Shown here piece by piece: positions 37,101 to 49,800 of a stretch of 64,000 nt of DNA. Each line of letters opens with the position of its first letter. Position 1 is the stretch's first letter. Source of the DNA: Azolla caroliniana (Eukaryota > Plantae > Polypodiophyta); assembly GCA_043228905.1 (NCBI GenBank), contig JBHGNT010000017.1, forward strand, positions 6,572,001 to 6,636,000. Reading direction: 5' to 3'. Both the position numbers and the translations under genes were made by a program. The notes beneath the pieces were generated by a model that was not told where the DNA came from, ran no database searches, and saw only the letters and a program-made list of their open reading frames with translations.

Positions 37101-39702
37101 GATCTTCGTGAAGAACCTGGCACCATTGATCCGTTCTAAAAGACTTGAGATAAGGGGGAGTGCATACCTATTTCGGATTGTAACCTTATTCAAGCCACGG
37201 TAATCTACAACGAGCCGAAGTGAAAATGGGTGCGCCGGCTGGAGATTTCGAATGTCGTATGAAACCATTCTCCAAATTCTCCTCTATATAGGCTCGAAGG
37301 ACTTCCAGTTCGGTTGGTGACAAATTGTAGATCGGTCCCCAAGGTGGCTCTTTCCCCGGTTGTAAATCGATGGGGCAATCATATGGTCGATGGTGAGGAA
37401 GCGTACTGGCTTGTACTTTATCAAACACATCGGCATATTGATGATACTTCTCTGGAAGTTGAATGGTGGAATCCTCTTTAGTGATGCTGGAGGGGTTTAC
37501 TGATATTGCGAAGAGGAATATTTCTTCCTTGCATCCTTCCTCACGCAACTGATGTAGTGAAATCGTTGCAATCTCATGAGTAGACCCTCGGGCTTTTCGA
37601 TGCCGGATTTCTCTTGTCCGCCAATCTATGTCTGGGTTATATAATTCGAACCATGGTAATCCTAAGACAATGGGGTGTTCTGGGATGTTGATTATATTAA
37701 ATGATATGACACATGCTAGATTATCTAGGACAACATTAACGGGCTCTGACTCTTCTATGATATTTCCTGAGGCAATGGGACGACCATCGACGACTACTAC
37801 AAGGGCAGGACACGAGAGTTTTCTAAAAGATATCTGATGAGCTTGGGCAAATTTCCTATCCATGAAGCAAGAATTAGCTCCGGAATCTAGAAGTGCTAAG
37901 ACATGTACTAGAGGAGTACTTTTAGTACTAACTGTTACTTGGGCTACAAACACATTGCGAACTTGCTTAGAGGGAATGGAACCACTAATGGGCTGCACAG
38001 ATCTAGGGTTGTCCAACCAAACGGCTCCTATTTTGGCTGGACTTAGTCATTTAACTCTTCTTCTAACTGACTAAGGACATCAAATTTGTTCGCTAGATTT
38101 GGGCTATTAGTACTATTAGGACTATCAGATATCCCTACTGAAATAGACTCGGGTTTAGTACAATCAGAACTAGCAACTATTTGGTTTACCTGCCTTCTTG
38201 GCCTATGGGGACAGTTTACCGCGATATGCCCTGGTCCACCGCAATAAAGACATAGTCGGTTTGCTCGGCGTCGTTGCTTTTCTTCTTCCGATAGCGGTCC
38301 ACGACGACGTGTGGTGTCAATTTCCATCGGAGTTGGAGTACTTGCTGGAGGCGCATTATATGACTCCCTCGGAAAAGGTTTTGCTACCACTGAGGCATAG
38401 GTAGGCTCTGATCTTGCCCTCGGAATTTGGAATTGTCGTTCCGAACGTCATTCGAAGAGGCGGTTGTCGCATCTCACCGCGCGACTAATTGCTTCTGTTA
38501 ATGACTTTGGCTCTTCGGGGAAGGTCAAGAGTAAATCCTTGACATTGTTGCATAAGCCATAACGGAATTGCTCCATCAATGCGTGATCATCCCAAGGGAT
38601 ATCGGCAGCGAGTAGACGGAAATCTGCAGCATATGCAGAAGTTGGATGATCACCTTGGCGTAATCGCTGGATTTTGTTGATTGCAGTCCTTATGTTGTTA
38701 GTATCTCCAAAATAGGCCTTAAACTCACTTATAAATTCTTCAAAATTGTTTAATAATGGAGAATCCTTTTCCAACAATGGAGCAAACCATGCTAACGCTG
38801 AGCCACTAAGGAGAGTGCCTACTAGTCCCACTCGTGATGCATCGGTGGGATATCGAGAAGGATGCATTTGTATCACTAAACGTACCTGATTGAAAAACCC
38901 TCTAAACTGTGATCGGGTCCCATCAAATTTTGCAGGAAGACCGATCTTGGGTTCTTTGTGAATCCCTTGAGTGCTTGATCCTTGTTGTTGTAATGATATG
39001 ATAGTCTCTTCGAGTTGTTGTACACATAGTGTCAGCTCCCCGTGTTGTTGTTTTTCCAGCGCTATTTGTTGAAGATCCCCCAACAAGTGATGATTTTCTT
39101 GTTCTAGTGCTACAAATTTCTCTTTTAAGCACTGGAGCTCCGAGAAAACAGATTGGTATTCCTGAGCACTAACAGTTTCCATTTTACTAGGGAGGATAAG
39201 AGGATTAATAAGAAGATAAAAGGAAAAGGAGGAAAGGAAGAGGAGGAAAGGAAGATCGATCGAAAATCGGTTCAAACTGTCAGGAACAGTACTAAGACAG
39301 AGAAGGAATTAGTACTAAAAGAAGTATTAGTACTAAGAGAGGTGAAGAACTCTCGAGAGAAGGAAAGAGTGAGTGAGAGGGAGGGAGAGAGAGAGAGAGA
39401 GAGAGATGATAAGAAAAGATATATATTATGTGAAGAGAATGTACAGTAGTAGCTAGGACGCTTAAGACTGGCGTTGAACCGATTTGGTTCGAAATAATGC
39501 CGTGTGCCTCCTTTTATAGTGTTCTAAGGAATACTCCTGAAGTTTCTAGAATGTTCCAGAGAAATCTGGAATATACATCAATTTTCTATAATAAAACATA
39601 AATGAAAATAATATTTTACGTATTACAATGTATAGTCTAATGGTCAAGAGCTCGACCCATGTAGCATAAGGTCATGGGTTCGAGTCTTGCCATATCATGA
39701 CA
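34058..39702 (-). mobile_element. Full-length Ty3/Gypsy chromovirus, Tcn1-like, recent but defective
   Basis: Near-identical LTRs at 34058-34490 and 39278-39702, TSD CATGC and PPT AAAGGGGGGATAG at ~34491-34503. Motifs: gag [35 protein letters not shown] and chromodomain EYEVAAILDSK...YLVDWLGY. Confidence 0.96.
34483..39182 (-). pseudogene. Chromovirus gag and pol (PR-RT-RH-INT-chromodomain) with stops and a deletion
   Basis: ORFs 38448-39275, 38043-38390, 37186-38016, 36921-37268, 35707-37011, 34948-35655 and 34483-34905. Confidence 0.92.
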
Positions 39703-42700
39703 CATGCCCGGATATGCCGGGAAGAAGTGAACGTAGCATCCGACATTGCCGGTGAGCTGTGGCACAAAAGACTGTGTCACATGAGTGAGAAGGGGATGAA
39801 GAGCCTTACCGAAGACAATCTTATTCCGGTGAAGGACGTGCAACTTGAGAAGTGCATTGATTGCTTGGTCAACAAACAAAACCGAACCTCCTTCGGTCAA
39901 GACCACCGATGAGACGAAATGCACCACTGGAGCTGGTGCATACCAATGTGTGTCAAGTGGACACGAAGTCACATGCCGGATCGGAGTACTTTGTGACATT
40001 CATAAATGACCATAGCCGTAAGTTGTGGGTCTCACCGTTGAAGACGAGGGATCAGGTGTTATCCGTCTCCAAGGAACTCAACGCGAGAATGGAAAGAGAA
40101 ACCGGTCGGAAGCTAAAGGCAGTTCGAGCAGACAATGGAGCAGAATACCGGGGGCAGTTCAAGGAGTATTGCCGGTCGAAGGGAAACCGTGCCGAAGACG
40201 CCAGAACTAAACGGGCTGGCCGAAAGGATGAACCGGACCATAATGGAGAGAGTTCGGAGCATGCTCGCATATGCGAAGTTACTCAAGATGTTTTGGGCTG
40301 AGGCGTTGACAACGATGACCTATGTGATAAACAGATCACCCTCAGCACCCTTGGTAGGAGACTCACCTCATGAAGTATTAACCAGTAAAGATGTATCTTA
40401 TCGGCATATGAAGATATTCAGGTGTCTCGCATATGTCCATGTTGTAAAGGACAAGAGAGCAAAGCTGCATCCGAAGTCCAGGCCATGCATATTCCTCGGA
40501 TATGACGATGATGAGTTTGGTTACCAGATCACCCTCAGTACCCTTGGACGGAGACTCACCGCCGAAAGTATGGTCCGGTAAGGATGTGTCCTAGCGGCAT
40601 TTGAAGGTGTTCGGGTGTCTCGCTTACGTGCATGTGGCAAAGGACCGGAGAGCAAAGTTGGATCCAAAGTCTCGGCCTTGCATATTCCTCGGATATGGCG
40701 ATGGTGAGTTCGGTTAGAGTGTAGGACCTAGTCGACAAGAAGGTGTTCCGGAGTTGAGATATTATCTTCATGGAGGACAAGACCCTTGCCGACTGGGAGT
40801 CGGAGAAGAAGATAATGAACTCTGAGTCAACTAGTAAGGATCATTTCGATGAGATTCGGACCTACCCGGCTAAGGGCCGGTTGACACTCGAAGAACCGAC
40901 CGGTTACGGTGAGGATACGGAACTGGCAGAAGAAGAAGAAGAGGAAGTTGGAGCCGGAACCGGTCATGATCCTGAATCAAATTCAGATGAAGAATAGACG
41001 CAGGAGCTAGTTACCGAAAACTGAAGTCGGAGATATCCTCTTAGAGAGAGAAGAACCCCCCGAAGATTTCCGGATGCAGAGCATGTGTTGCTAACCGATG
41101 AGGGGGAGCCGGAAAGCTTTGAAGAAGCAAGGGGAGACACCCACAACCGCAAGTGGTTGAGTGCCATGCAGGATGAGATGGATTCCCTGCATGAGAACCA
41201 CACGTACGAATTGGTGGAGTTGCCGGAAGGAAAGAGGGCACTCCGAAACAAGTGGGTGTACAAGCTGAAACTAGGGGACACCGGAAATCCACCAAGGTAT
41301 AAGGCCTGAATCGTGGTGAAGGGCTTCCAGCAGAAGAAAGGAGTGAACTTCGACGAGATATTTGCCCCGGTAGTAAAGATGACTTCCATCTAGACGGTAC
41401 TGAGCATAGCGGCAAGCATGGATCTCGAGGTAGAGCAGTTAGACGTGAAGACGATGTTCCTTCACGGTGACCTTGAAGAGGAGATCCACATGCAGCAACC
41501 GGAATGATTTGTGAAGAAAGGGAAGGAGCGCCTGGTTTGCCGATTGAAGAAGAGCTTATATGGACTAAAGTAGGCTCCCCGACAATGGTACCGGAAGTTC
41601 GACTCCTTCATGACGTATCAAGGATACCACAAGATGCAGGCCGATCACTACCTATTTGTGAAGAAGTTTGAAGGTGGAGACTTCTTGATACTCCTCCTGT
41701 ACGTGAATGACATGTTGATTGTCGAACGAGACCAAGTCAAGATACGGACGTTGAAGAAGGCTCTGAACCGGACCTTCTCAATGAAAGACTTGGGTCCGGC
41801 AAGACAGATATTGGGGATGCATATCATCTGGGACCGGTCAAAGAAGCAATTGTGGTTGTCACAAGAGAAGTACGTGACAAAGGTTCTTCAGCGGTTCAAC
41901 ATGTCAGATGCGAAACCGGTCGGGTGGCAAACTGCAGGTTATCCAATAAGCAATGCCCGAAGACGAAGGTAGAGAAGGCGGATATGATGAAGATACCATA
42001 TGCCTTTGCCGTCGGGAGCTTAATATACGCAATGGTGTGTACCCGACCGGATATCAGATACGTAGTCGGAGTGGTGAGCCGGTTTATGAGCAATCCCGGC
42101 AAGGAACACTGGAACGCGGTAAAATGGATACTCCGGTACTTGAAAGGAACCTCGAGTATGTGCCTCCGATTCGGCTCCTGTAAACCCCAACTCGATGGTT
42201 TCATCGATTCGGATATGTCGGCTGATGCGGATACCAGCCGGTCCACATTCGGATATGTCATGACATATGCGGGGGGAGTTGTTTCGTGGCAGTCGAGGCT
42301 GTAGAAGACGGTTGTGCTGTCAACCACGGAAGCGGAGTACATGGCAATTGTGGAAGCCGACAAGGAAATACTATGGATGAAGGACTTCATCGGAGAGCTA
42401 GGGATCCGGCAAGAGGAATACCGGCTCTATTGCGACAGTCAAAGTGCCATCCACCTTGCGAAGAACGCGGCGTATCATTCCAGGACGAAGCACATCTAGC
42501 GTAGGTACCACTGGATCTGGGAGCGAGTTGAAGATCAAGAGTTCGTGCTGACGAAGATCCACACGGAGGAGAACAGGTCGGATATGCTGACCAAAGTGCT
42601 GACACTCGACAAGTTGGATGCATGTCGGAAAAGGATCGGATTGACCAGGCATCCCATGCTAGAGTGAAGGGGGAGTTTGTTAGGATTTTGGTCCCTCCGA

Positions 42701-43769
42701 ATGGGAGATGAGTACCTGGCAATGGAAGACCCGGTGAGAACCGGATGATGAGTACCCGGCATCGGAAGACCCGGTGAGAACCGGATGATGCAGGCCTGGT
42801 GGGTACCCCTCACCGGATGAAGGGTCATATATGTAAATATGCTCCAAAGAGCCCACTGGGGCTATATTTGTAAATAGCCCAAAAGTCATATTAGTATAAA
42901 TATAACCTAGGGCAAACTCTTGAGAGGGTGTGTTGTTATTATTTGTTATATAGAGTTATTGAGTGTAACTGCTGTATAGAGTGAGAGAGAGAGAGAGAGA
43001 TATAGAGCGAGTCTCTGTTGTAACCGCCGCCAAGCAAAGATTGTGAGCAAGAGGTTGTTGCCTCTGTGTTCACCTGTTGTATTCCTCTCGACATAGTGAT
43101 AGTTGGAGTTTGTGGACTCCCGTAGTTTTTCCCATTTAGGGTTTTCCAAGTAAACATATTGTGTACCCTCTTTCATATTGTCTGTGTGTACGTGTATTCA
43201 CCTCCATTCCCATTCTCGGTGTTTGATTTGAAACGACACGATCTGAGACTCGGTTGTGGCCGAGTAATATTCCGCATATTTCACGTCACAAGGCATTGTC
43301 CCACGGGTGAGCCATGTGTTAGCTGGTTGGCTACCCGAGGTATAATGGTCGAACTCAGAGTCTGAGTTGGAAGAGTATGAAAAGATAGAATTTGAATTGT
43401 AGTTGTTGCAACAACAGTAGGTTCTTGCCGAACATGCAAATGTAAAATCTTGGAGAAGTCTCTCGGATCGCCTATAAAAAGGGACTGAGAGGATTGTATC
43501 ATCATCGTTCTATTTTGGTTAATATAGTTTTGGTAGTTAGAGTATTTGTTGTGTCAACTGTTTTGTTTATCCTTCTATCTATTCGTTTTGTCGAATGTTC
43601 GAATTTATTCTCTACTACACAGATTATGTTTAATTAATAGTCGGTCAGGATCGTATATTCTAAGCCTAGTAAGTATGTTCTATGTGAGTATTATTTACAT
43701 AGAGTTCTGAGTGAAAACTAGTATCGACCAATACCATATCTCCAACCACAATCATCTTGATAGAACGTT

Positions 43770-46111
43770 CTCGGAAGTAAGACGTTTGACCTATTGTGTT
43801 TGTCGGTTGTCGACTGTCACTTGTCGGCAGAACAACATTCGGAGCCAAAACATTCGGTTGTGCCAAATCGGGATGATCCAAATTGGTGTTGGAGGTTTCG
43901 GCTACCCATGAAGCCAACCTTGTGTTCTAGGTTGGTCCGTGAAGAAGAGTTGGCACGTCTGAAAAGACTACTCTTCGAACTTCAATTGGCTTTCTGGTCA
44001 TCTTATGCAGAGCCGACTCATTGAAAATTGTGTCTGCACTTCAGACGATTTGTCCGTTTTTCGGGTCCTAGAGTCAATAGCCGAATTCGTTGTTTGATCC
44101 ATAACCAAGGAAAATGCATTTCCTAGACCTCGGCTCTAATATCTGGCAATCATCTTTCGACATGAGAGCGAAAGCTTCACATTTGAAAATCCTCAGCTTA
44201 TCGTAATTCGACTTCTTGCCGATTCATAACTCCTAAGGAATTTGAAGACCTAGAGGCCTACTGAACGACTTATTGATTATGTGTACTACAGTAAGTAGAG
44301 CCTCTACCTAGAAACCATTCGACAGTCCGGAGTGTTGCAACATCGCAAGCATTTTAGCTTTTGGCCGAACTGGTTTTCCACCATTGCAAGCCAATCTTCA
44401 AAGATTGAGAACACCCGATCTTTTGTTCAGACCGGATACGCTCACACCTTCCTCATCGAGTCATCAACAAATGTGACGACATAGAAGGTGCCACCAAGAG
44501 ACTGATGTGGAATCACGCCACATACATTCGAATGGACCAAATCGAGCAAACTCGATTTTCTCGGCGCAGCTGTGGGGTCTGATGCCGTAGCTTGCTTGCC
44601 ATACTTGTAGTGCTTGCAAAATTGGTGGTCTGAGAAGGAGAGCCCAGGGATGTAGCCGGCTCTGGATAAATGCGTGACGTTGGCCTTACTGAGGTGTCCG
44701 AGTTGGTCGTGCCATAACGATGGCGTGGGGATATCTACTAGAAATAAGTCACCCTCTTTGAGTGTGACATACAAAAGGTACAATGAGTGTACTTTCGGAC
44801 CTCGAGCAAGTAGGAGGTTCCCCTTGTGGAGCATCCACCCTCCCACCGTCTTCGTCGAACTATCCGAGTGAGATCAGCAGTATGGTGAGCTTAGGTACAT
44901 GTCAGACATTGTGTAGTACTAGGGTAGAGCCTCCTAGAAGGTTGAGCCTATTGTGCCGATGCCTATATGGCACAATGTCGTGAGTTTTCGACTTAGACTA
45001 AGTCAGAGTGTCAGGCCGAGTATTGCTAGAATTGAGACTGGTGAAGAGTCACGTGGTATGATGCACCCAAGTGGTTGACTCTTCAGTTGTAAGCAGAACT
45101 TCTGGATCAACTGAGTTTTCTATAAATAGGATGTTTGATTCGTCCGTCAAAACTAACCTCCTCCTGTCGGTCATCCGTTTGATCAGCTCTCTGAGCTTTA
45201 TTGTTCTAAATTATGCCAATCACAAATTGAGCGCAATTTGTGCAAATTTTTTATGTTGATCCTACTCTGATTGGCTACGATGAGTGGAGGGTTAGCACCG
45301 CCTGGTCTTCCCGAATCTCGTCTAGTCAGATGGAGCAAAGATGGTGTCAATTCTGAAGTTGATCGTGCTTCAATTGATTACAACAAGTAAATGGGTGGCA
45401 CCGATTGGCCTATCCGAATGTTGCTTAACCTGGTGAAGCACGCATGAGGCCTATTTGAAGGAGATTCCGCTCTGAGCGACTATGATCACAAGGACAAACT
45501 ACAACCGACTGGCCTACTTGGGGAGTGATCTAGCTCAATCGAGTGCAAATAGGTAAGTGTCTTCCTCTTCATGGGATACGATCTTGATAGTTGCCGATCA
45601 ATAGATTTCTGTCCAACAGAAATCTTGTACTTGTTCAAAGATCTGATCAACTTGAAGTCTTCAGAAGGAATAAGTAGAAGTGTTGTTGAAGACAGATGAC
45701 AGTCGGCAGTTGAATGAAGATCCTTGCCCTAATACAAGATGTTGAAAGCTAAGGTCGTCAGTATGTGCGGAAAGTGGATAACACTATAGGTTGATGAACA
45801 ACAAGTAGGTGTAGACAAGAACAATAAGTAGAACAGATTGAGCAACATAGATAAACTTAAACAGAGATCAAGATCAAGAGGCGATAGAGAGAGACAAAAA
45901 TAGACACAAGACTGTAACTGTATTATTCAAATCTCAAAGTTACAATACAAAAGAATGGCATGCTAACCTTCTCCTAAAGTAGTTTACAAGTTCAGTATAT
46001 ATAATAATTGAACTAGGGCAACTGCCCTTTAGTCGAATTAAAGAAATATCCTAAACGTAGTCTGTCCAAATGGGACAATGTGAATACGTCCATTATACCC
46101 TGTATTTGACA
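43770..46111 (-). mobile_element. Old, deleted Copia related to the 16587-22078 family
   Basis: The 5' LTR (45740-46111) starts TGTCAAATACAGGGTATAATGGACGTATTCACA, like the young element. ORF 44442-44846 is homologous (LHKGNLLLARGPK). Degenerate PBS at 45726-45737. Left boundary approximate. Confidence 0.85.
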
Positions 46112-46475
46112 CTGAGTTGCTTTGGATAAACAACAAATTTGTCGGATTTAGACATCCAAAAACCAATTTGGTGTAGAAATTGTGTTATCTTTAAATGCCA
46201 AGCATGTGGCGCTTGCTTGAGGCCGTAGAGGGGCTTCTTGAGTCGACATACGACATTCAAATGTTATTTCGACTCGAAGCCGGGTGGTTGTACCATTTAC
46301 ACCTCCTCCTCTAGCTCGCCTTGGAGGAACACGTTCTTCACATCCATTTGATGAGATGCCACCCTTTTTCCATCACAATTGCAAGGACCATTTGGATAGT
46401 GGTCGTCTTTGCCACAAGGGCAAAGGTCTCTTCGTAGTCGATGCCATGGATTTGAGCATATGGCTTTGTATCGGT
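46112..46475 (-). pseudogene. Copia reverse transcriptase fragment
   Basis: Contains AQIHGIDYEETFALVAK and a downstream CRLKKPLYGLKQAP motif. Confidence 0.8.
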
Positions 46476-46586
46476 TGATGGAGAAGGAAATAAATTATAG
46501 GTAAATAAGAGCAAGAAGAGTGCCAATCCAACTAACCACCCCCGAGCGAAGGATAGACTCAAGCATTGATTGGTGTCCCATACCAC

Positions 46587-46850
46587 CACTCGCTATAGGA
46601 ATCTGTTCACCAAAAGATCATAGTGTCAACGTAGTTGAATAAGGTTTCTAGTGTGGGTACTAGCGCACTCGCTATAGGAATCTATTCACCAAAAGATCAT
46701 AGTCTCAATGTAGTCGAAGAAGGTGTCTAATGCCAAAAGATCATAGTCTCAACGTAATCGAATAAGCTACGAGCACACTCGCTACAGGAATCTGTTCACC
46801 AAAAGATCATAGTCTCAACATAGTCGAATAAGGTGTCTAATGCGGGTAGC
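46587..46850. repeat. ~79-bp tandem repeat (3-4 partial copies) in an LTR-like segment (~46476-47046)
   Basis: Recurrent CACTCGCTATAGGAATCTGTTCACCAAAAGATCATAGTCTCAACGTAGTCGAATAAGG, with a minus-strand TATAAAT nearby at ~46861-46867. Confidence 0.75.
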
Positions 46851-49800
46851 GAGGCCTCATATTTATAGCCAGACCTAAGGCCCCCAAACAATTTCACACT
46901 TGGCCCTTATGGGTTGTCTCAATTCCTAGGGTTACAAGTAAATCTCCCTTCTTTACATTCTCGATTAACCCTCGCACTTTATCTTCATGTATAGAAACAA
47001 CTCACGACAGGATAAATTATGGTCATGCCTATAACACGAGGTAACAAGGTTGAATTGTCGTAGAAGGTGTTGATGGAGGAAGCAAAGAAGCTTAATCAAG
47101 ATCTCTAGATTTAGTTTTGCACATCATTGGCTAGTTATTAGGACTTTCTGAAATCTTCAAAGAGCTAGATGAATTAGAGTGTCATTTCAATGATCTTGAC
47201 TCTAGCAAGATAATTAATTGCAAGATTATTTGAGTGATCTCGACTAGCTAGCTGAAAGAGTGTCATTTCAGTGCACAACCCCCAAATCGCAAGGTTATGT
47301 TACTTGCATGTGGGTTCTTAGAATTAAGTGAGACTCACATGACCAACCTATTTGATTTAAAGCACGGTTAGTCACTAGAGTTTTTTCACAAATCCTAGGA
47401 ATAGATTTCAAAGACACTTTCAGCCCTGTCCTTCTGATTATTTATGGGGCTCCTTGCTGCATTCAACCTTAAGTTTCACCATTTGGATATTCAAAATGTG
47501 TTTCTTCACACGGACCTCAAAGAAGGAGTCAGCAACGCACACCATTCGTTCAAAGGGAGGATAGCATGGCCCAAGAACACTACTCCGATTTGAGGCCTCA
47601 TTGCCATCGGAGGTAGCCGCGGTCTCAACAACCCAATCCGGGAGCAGCAACCCTCTTACTTTCGTTTCCATTTGCATTAGAGGCTAACTTGAAGTTACTA
47701 CCCTTGTAAAATGCCTCGCAAATTGTAAACCCTATTTTATAAAGGGAATTTCCTTTGTAATCTCTCGTTTTTTGCCTAAAAGGAGGCCCATTTTGGACTT
47801 AATATTGTGAAATACCTTCATAATCTCATGATCTTTGGGCGCATCACGTGTTTCGATCTTATTCTGTGCTTTAATTGTTCTTCAACTCGTCACTCCCTTC
47901 GACTCTAGCGAGCCTTCAACTCTTCGAAGCGTTCAACTCCTACGAGCTTTCGACTCTAGAGAGCCTTCGAGTCCTAGGAGCCTTTAACTCTCGCGAGCCT
48001 TTGACTCCTAGAGCCTTCGAGTTTGACAAGCTTCTGAGTCCTAGGAGCATTCAACTCCCTTAACATCCACGCCCTCTTAGCCCTTGTGTCCTCCCTAATC
48101 CACGACCCCCATGGTCCCACTCGACTAGCACACGTATGCATGTTTATGTGACTACGTATGTAATAACCAAGATCATTAATCCTAAAATAAAGACATAAAT
48201 GACACAATCATACCGAAAATACGTGTTACCACCCATCCGCCGCCGCACCAAAGTCAAGAGCGCAAACGAGGAATCCTGATTTGTCCCATACCAGCCTGGA
48301 TCTCCACATCAGGACCTTGGTAGATGACTAGTCCACATTAAAGAGAGCTTCGTCAAAACCACTCATGGGACCCCCCCTGACTAAGGAGAGTATGCCCTAT
48401 TTATAGGACCTAGGCCATGTAATGATATCTACCTGACCAATCACATGCGGGGTACCCTATGGCACACATTAGGTCAGTCCAATAAAGCCGACAACTCAGA
48501 TATTACAGTATGATAGCCCCCTAATAAGCACATCTAAACCAATGAACATTACATATTCCCCCCCTCCGTTTAATTGCACTCTTGCAATGGGAAGTTAGGA
48601 AAATGTTTGCGTAATGTCTCTTCAATTTCCCATGTGTTGTCTTCTTCCAATCTATCCTTCCACTTAACCTTATAGCAATGAACAACTTTTGACCTTAGGT
48701 TTCTAGACCTATGATCGAGGATTTTCTCAGGTTCATGTGGAGAAAAATGATCATCCTCCAATGTCGATAAATTAGACGGTGATACAACATTATCATCATA
48801 ACCAATCGCCTCCTTTAATCGACTCACGTGGAATAGGGGATGAACCATAACGTTGGAAGGCAAATCCAAACGATAAGCATTGGGACCTATCCATTTTAAA
48901 ACTTTATATGGTCAACAATACCGTGGGGCTAATTTTGCACACGGTCCTGTTCTCAATGTTTCTAAGTCCTTAGGAACCTGTAGAAAAACTTGTTGTCCTA
49001 TGTGGAATTCCATTGTTTTTCTATCATGATTCGCATAAAAGACATTTCTGTCCCGTGCCATCCTAAGGTTTTCTTCAGCCAATTTACGTGCTTCCAGCAT
49101 ATCAAAGAGAAAATCCTCTATACTATCCAAAGTATGCGAATCAAATGAAACATCAATAGGAGGACGTGGCATATAACCATACATCAACATGAACAGATTG
49201 TATTTTGTTGATGTATGCTTAGTGTTGTTGTAGGCAAATTCCACCATAGGAAGGTAAGCCTCCCATAATGAGGGTTTTTGTGCTACATATGCTCTCAACA
49301 TATCCTCTAATATCTTATTCACTCTCTCAGTCTGCCCATCTAACTAAGGATGATCAGAAGAACTGAGACTCAAGGTTGTTTGGAGTTTCTGCATAACTTC
49401 TAACCAAAATGTACTTGTAAACTTGGAGTCTCGATCACTTACAATCTCCATCGGTATACCATAAAAGCTATAAAGATGTTTAATAAACTTAATAGCCAAT
49501 TGCTTGCGATAATTGTGGATTTTGTTGGAATGAATCTTGCCATCTTGGTAAGCCGATCAACAACCACCCAAATGGCATTATTTCCCTCAACGGAAGGAGG
49601 TAATCCAACTATGAAGTCCATGGATATACTTTGCCACTTTTCAACTGGAATATCGAGAGGTTGCAATAAGCCAGCTTTTCTCTGTCACTCGGCCTTAATG
49701 AGTTGACATTGTGGACAACGAATAACATAGGACTCTACCTCAGGTTTCATTTTTGGCCAGAAAAACCTAACTTTAATCAAAGCTAATGTTCTTTGCACAC

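Larger units (their letters stand above)
33156..43284 (+). mobile_element. 5'-truncated degenerate Copia (family of 1-7782) interrupted by a Tcn1-like chromovirus
   Basis: Gag/PR at 33156-34057 and INT-RT-RH at 39703-42667, homologous to 254-4265. PPT GAAGGGGGAG at 42666-42675 and 3' LTR from 42678 to ~43284. Confidence 0.92.

Noticed and set aside
46476-47046. Solo LTR call for this segment
   Set aside because: TG..CA ends are plausible but the flanks (TCGGT vs AGGTT) give no convincing TSD, so only the tandem repeat is reported.
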